A stretch of DNA of 10,587 bases. Source: Octopus sinensis. Lineage: Eukaryota. The notes beneath the pieces are model-generated. The model did not search any database, was not told the origin of the DNA, and saw nothing but the letters and a program-made list of their open reading frames with translations. The DNA is taken from the NCBI RefSeq assembly GCF_006345805.1, contig NW_021827320.1, forward strand, positions 1 to 10,587, given 5' to 3'. Numbering within the stretch: position 1 is the stretch's first letter; each line of letters opens with the position of its first letter. Shown here piece after piece: positions 6,729 to 10,587 of this stretch. Position numbers and translations under genes: made by a program.

Positions 6729-7138
6729 AAGTTCCTCCAAACTGTGATGGTCTTAGACGTCATGCCGCTCCGCATCTTTGAACAGGGTGTTAGGCTCAAT
6801 TCAACCTGTGAAGCTGCTGGAGACTATGGCCAAACCCTGGCTCGAGTGGTTTGCTGCTGGAAGGCCGTATGTGTGACAGCAGGCTTCGACCCGTTGCCAT
6901 GCATCCGGTCGGAGAATTTCTGCGTTGTTGCCAGCCCCAATTTCTGGACTCCTAATTCCCCGATTGCAATTCTATTGATTACTATGTATGAGGCGCGGTT
7001 GAGAAATGCACCAACCACTCTGCTGTAACACCAAGGTCGACATGGCGACCAAGATCAAGGAGGTGTTTGAAGATCTTCCTAAAACTCCGGAGCTGTCCTG
7101 AGGCCGTGGTGAAAACCGAGGGTGGCTACTTTGAGTGA
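6729..7138 (+). pseudogene. Decayed Tc1/mariner transposase, C-terminal half, DD37D (maT)-type
   Basis: Frame-hopping translation: KFLQTVMV..DVMPLRIFEQGVRLNS / KLLETMAKPWLEWFAAGRPYV*QQASTRCHASG / SENF..SPNFWTPNSP / DCNSIDYYV*GAVEK / KIKEVFEDLP / EAVVKTEGGYFE* (stop 7136-7138). This matches the family motifs QQDSAPCH and WPPNSPDxNPxDYxVWG. Confidence 0.92.
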
Positions 7139-7236
7139 ATTTTTATCTCTCACTCATAATCTAGTTGATATTGTTTGATTTTTAAAATACTTTAATTTGT
7201 ATACGATATTATGCTTTCCTTCCCTTTAATGCAAAC

Positions 7237-7263
7237 TGTCAACTTTAACCCGAACATGCTGTG
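7237..7263. repeat. Probable decayed right TIR of the maT element
   Basis: Reverse complement 'cacagcatgttcgggttaaagttgaca' resembles the TA-CAGGGTG terminus typical of this group, ~100 bp after the stop. No left TIR is visible. Confidence 0.45.
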
Positions 7264-7266
7264 AAT

Positions 7267-7356
7267 ATTGGGGTTTATTTATTCAACTAAAACCCTTGAA
7301 GGTGGTGTCCCAGCATGGCCGTAGTCGAATGACTGAAACAAGTAAAAAATAAAAGA
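7267..7356 (+). mobile_element. 5'-truncated family A-type 3' tail
   Basis: 'ggtggtgtcccagcatggccgtagtcgaatgactgaaacaagtaaaaaataaaag' matches 611-660. Confidence 0.8.
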
Positions 7357-7544
7357 TCGATCTATTTTGCATGTTCCCGTTTCCAGTTGTAATTATTCAA
7401 CCTTGTCATGTCACTATAGCTCTAAGGGAAGGCATGATATCACATAACCTCATTTTGCCAACTCTTATAAGAGTATATTGAGTTTAAGAAGAGACTAATT
7501 GTAGCTTCAGTCAGCGGCTGAACCACAGCGTGGACGGTTCAAAT

Positions 7545-7705
7545 TGCAAGAAATAGTAGCTTCGTCTAAGATTCTGGTGCCTAGGGTCTTAATGGGAAGA
7601 ATGATATGTTGTTCTACGTATGTCTTGCTATATAAAAAGACTGGATGGTCATAGTGAGAACACCTGTTCTATCAAGACCACCCTGGGCTAAAAAACAACA
7701 ATGAT
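7545..7705 (+). mobile_element. Highly diverged family D copy
   Basis: 'aattgcaagaaatagtagc...gactggatggtcatag...ccctgggctaaaaaacaacaa'. Confidence 0.5.
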
Positions 7706-7735
7706 GACATCATATATCACAGATATATACCTAAA

Positions 7736-7997
7736 GGCGCGTGGCTTAGTGGTAAACGTTGTCGGCTCACGACTTCAGGCCGTGAGTGCGGTACCCGGTG
7801 GCGCATTGTGTCTCTTAAGCAAGAGACTTTATTTCACGATGCTGGCAAAAATGAGTTGTACCTGTATTTCGAAAATCCAGACTTATCACATCCCGTGTTA
7901 CTCTGAATCTTCCTGAGAACAACGTTAAGCGGAGTACTCAGCTACTTGCACGTTAATTTCACGAGCAGGCTGTTCCACTGATCGGATCAACTGGAAC
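7736..7997 (+). mobile_element. SINE family E, diverged
   Basis: Head ggcgcgtggcttagtggt. The 3' part 'cacgttaatttcacgagcaggctgttccactgatcggatcaactggaac' matches 9985-10032. Confidence 0.8.
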
Positions 7998-8047
7998 ACA
8001 GATCAATATTTAATACTATGTGAAGGATTGTATATATTCACATAACC

Positions 8048-8093
<46 letters not shown>

Positions 8094-8216
8094 CGATGAT
8101 GATGATGACGATGAGGATGATGATGACGACGACTACGACAGCGGCGACGATGACAATAGTGATGACGATGATGATGACGATTCTGACGATGATTATGATG
8201 ATGATAATGATGAAAC
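8048..8216. repeat. (GAT/GAC)n trinucleotide microsatellite
   Basis: Directly visible. It explains the poly-Asp and poly-Met ORFs. Confidence 0.97.
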
Positions 8217-8326
8217 TGATAGAAGGATGGAAATTAAGTTACGATCAGACCAGAAGCCTAATCCAAATGCTTACAATAGACTGAACTCCGCTAAAGCTCA
8301 GGTTTCCAGTTTACAAGGTTTTAAGA

Positions 8327-8510
8327 AGCCCATTTAAAGCTTATCCCGGTTTCAATGGCGTTTGAACAACTGAGACTACAAGACTCCGACCACACTCAAC
8401 GGGACGCCAGTCTGTCGCAGAGTTAATTCTCTACCTATCTGCGGGACTTATTTTCAGCTGAGGGAATTAAAATAATGTGAAATGAAATGTCTTGCTCAAA
8501 AGAATGCAAT
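8327..8510 (-). mobile_element. Diverged SINE family B copy
   Basis: 'cccggtttcaatggcgt...acgggacgccagtctgtcgcag...cagctgag...gtgaaatgaaatgtcttgctcaa' is colinear with 2490-2650. Confidence 0.72.
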
Positions 8511-9061
8511 GTATACGAATTAAATCTACGATCTAACGACTGTGAATCAAATACCACGACCACTACGCAATGTGTTTTTGTTTTTCCTTATATAACACAA
8601 TGCATTCATAAGATATACTTCTCTCTGTTCACAGCGGTACTGGAGCCTTTACGTGGTAACCTGTTATGATAAAAAAAACCCAGTCAAGCCTATCACAAGT
8701 CACATTCTACTGTGTTTTGGAAGAAGGCAAGACAGTCAGTCGCCCGCTGACACACGTTGACGATTCATCGAAGAGGCCAGGGAACAGAAGAAAGAAGAAG
8801 AAAGAAGACATGCACCCAACACCAGAGCTGAAGACACCTCCGAAGGGGGGGGGGAGTGGCACGTCAAAACGGTAGAGGAGTCGGGGCCGAAACCGGACGT
8901 GGTTACTGTTGCGGTAGCAGACCACAAAGCACGGTTGAAATTCCTTCCTATACCTGCAAATATAGATTGAATACTCGCGGCAAGAATGCTTTTTATCGTG
9001 AAATAATAACAGCAATAAAAACAGCAACAATAGTATGAATATATAAACTAATATTAAAAAG

Positions 9062-9135
9062 ACGAGTTGTTTAACCCCAGGCCAAAATCTGAGGAGATCT
9101 AGGGTCAAAGGCTTTCCAGTCAAGACCACCTCGTT
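9062..9135 (-). mobile_element. Family D 3' fragment
   Basis: Reverse complement 'ggtggtcttgactggaaagcctttgaccctagatc...cctggggttaaacaac' aligns with 3560-3600 and 7680-7700. Confidence 0.55.
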
Positions 9136-9691
9136 TCAGAATGGTCGCAGCTGGTTAGTAAATCGTTTAAGAGAATGTTGAAGTTTATAACAGATTTCGT
9201 TGCTATTCGCATGATGTTGAACGACCATATAAAGGTCGTTGGCACGTAGCAATTCTAAATCTTCCCTTTGAGTGCTATAAGCCAAGATTGTATAACGGGC
9301 ATTAACAGTTTTATGCATTGACTTGAAATAACTCTAAGTGAAGGTTAAGTTATTAGTGACTACATAGCAATCTTATAGTATTAATTGAATGAATATTTTC
9401 ATCAACCAACAAAATTTCGATGTACTGTGAACTGTTCATATCTTCATGCATTTTCAAATATTTCTACTCATTTATTGTATCGTTGCTACACTTTATCAAT
9501 CGTTTGAAAAACGAGTAATGTGGAACACACTTTCGATTCAATAAGCTCAGATTCTTTAAAGTAATACAAATTCTGCTTTGGATATTGAATAATTTTCCCC
9601 GTTTGTAAACTCAATCAAACCGAGATTCGTAATCTAAAGACATTGTAGGTACACAGCGACGTATGTTTCAATAGGCAACTAGCTTGGTGGC

Positions 9692-10063
9692 ATGTGGAGG
9701 CGCAATGGCCCAGTGGTTAGGGCAGCGGACTCGCGGTTTCGATTCCCAGACCGGGCATTGTGAGTGTTTATTGAGCGAAAACACCTAAAGCTCCACAAGG
9801 CTCTGGCAGAGGGTGGTGGCGATCCCTGCTGTACTCTTTCACCACAACTTTCTCTCACTCTTACTTCCTGTTTCTGTTGTACCTGTATTTCAAAGGGCTG
9901 GCCTTGTCACTCTCTGTGTCACGCTGAATATCCCCGAGAACTACGTTAAGGGTACACGTGTCTGTGGAGTGCTCAGTCACTTACACGTTCATTTCACGAG
10001 CAGGCTGTTCCGTTGATCGGATCAACCGGAACCCTCGTCGTCGTAACCGACGGAGTGTTTCCA
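9692..10063 (+). mobile_element. Full-length SINE family E with perfect 11-bp TSD
   Basis: A box TGGCCCAGTGG and B box GGTTTCGATTCC. AGCTTGGTGGC occurs at 9681-9691 and 10064-10074. Confidence 0.93.
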
Positions 10064-10109
10064 AGCTTGGTGGCGCTAACGTTCACCAAACGCTCCCTTC
10101 ATTCTGTCT

Positions 10110-10264
10110 CTCTTTTCTTTCTTTCTTTCTTTCTTTCTTCTTTCTTTCTTTTCTTTCTTTCTTCTTTCTTTTCTTTCTTTCTTTCTTTCTTTCTTTCTCT
10201 CTCTCTCGCTCTCTCTCCTCCTCTCCTCTCTCTCTCCTTCACACACACACTACACACATCTAGT

Positions 10265-10295
<31 letters not shown>

Positions 10296-10320
10296 TATAT
10301 ATACTATCTATATATATATC
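10110..10320. repeat. Compound microsatellite (CTTT)n-(CT)n-(CA)n-(TA)n
   Basis: Directly visible. Confidence 0.96.
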
Positions 10321-10324
10321 GTTG

Positions 10325-10520
10325 AACTGCAGCCATGCTGGGGTATCGCTTGAAGATTTTAGTCGAATAAATCGATCCTCGTACTTACGTTTTTTTAAAG
10401 ACTTGTCCTTATTCTATTGGTCCATTTTGCCGGACTGACTGCATGGTTGCAGAACATAAATATACCAACACCGGTCGTCAAGTTGTGGTGGGGGATAACA
10501 CAGACACACACACATACACT
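10325..10520 (-). mobile_element. SINE family A, diverged 3' half
   Basis: 'gcagccatgctggggtatcgcttgaag..ttagtcgaataaatcga...attctattggtccattttgccg...ccaacaccggtcgtcaag' is the reverse complement of the 470-640 type sequence. Confidence 0.8.
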
Positions 10521-10549
10521 CATATCAATGTAAATGTCTGTCTATCCAT

Positions 10550-10553
10550 CTCT

Positions 10554-10587
<34 letters not shown>
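10550..10587. repeat. (CT)n microsatellite running off the window edge
   Basis: Directly visible. Confidence 0.95.

Noticed and set aside
6603-7028. 141-aa ORF as an intact gene
   Set aside because: It is only partly in the transposase frame. The real homology hops frames and contains stops.
7461-7474. 14-bp perfect palindrome ACTCTTATAAGAGT
   Set aside because: About one is expected by chance in 10 kb of AT-rich DNA, and there is no supporting context.
8020-8337. Poly-Asp acidic protein ORF
   Set aside because: It is a (GAT)n microsatellite with a GTG start and no splice or homology support.
8618-8875. Acceptor-like CTTCTCTCTGTTCACAG (AG at 8633-8634) and ORF 8666-8875
   Set aside because: No convincing donor, and the peptides are unrecognisable and partly low-complexity.
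9089-9115. CTGAGGA-GATC-TAG-GGTC-AAAG as a hammerhead
   Set aside because: It lacks the G of GAAA and has no stem I. The sequence is explained as a minus-strand family D fragment.
9220-9240. 7-bp hairpin AACGACC/GGTCGTT with TATAAA in the loop
   Set aside because: A short isolated stem of chance-level frequency with no downstream gene evidence.
9136-9318. Minus-strand ORF with faint SH3-like YSTQREDLELLRANDLYMV
   Set aside because: It lacks the ALYDY register, the WW and PxNY motifs and a usable splice donor, so the resemblance is probably chance.

Overview
AT-rich, repeat-saturated eukaryotic non-coding DNA (intronic or intergenic). The tRNA-headed SINEs and dense (TA)n/(GT)n/(GATA)n/(GAT)n microsatellites resemble Octopus (coleoid cephalopod) DNA; this is recognition from memory, not a database result. 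No intact gene is evident. Contents: about 15 full or partial SINE-like copies from about 5 families (informal labels A-E), a TTAA-ended MITE (1-239), a decayed DD37D/maT-type Tc1/mariner transposase (6729-7138) and one weak candidate exon (2066-2189). The most interesting object is 3608-4122, a (TA)n-flanked non-coding element. It carries a type I hammerhead ribozyme motif (CUGAUGA...GAAAC-GUAC-GUU) in the 161-nt loop of a 106-bp inverted repeat with one mismatch, and has a diverged relative at 1166-1292. This suggests a Penelope-like or retrozyme-like microsatellite-associated family. Other notable items are a TSD-flanked composite SINE insertion resembling a 3' transduction (2302-2744) and a ~670-bp SINE fold-back (4940-5606). 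Most ORFs in the supplied track are repeat artefacts.
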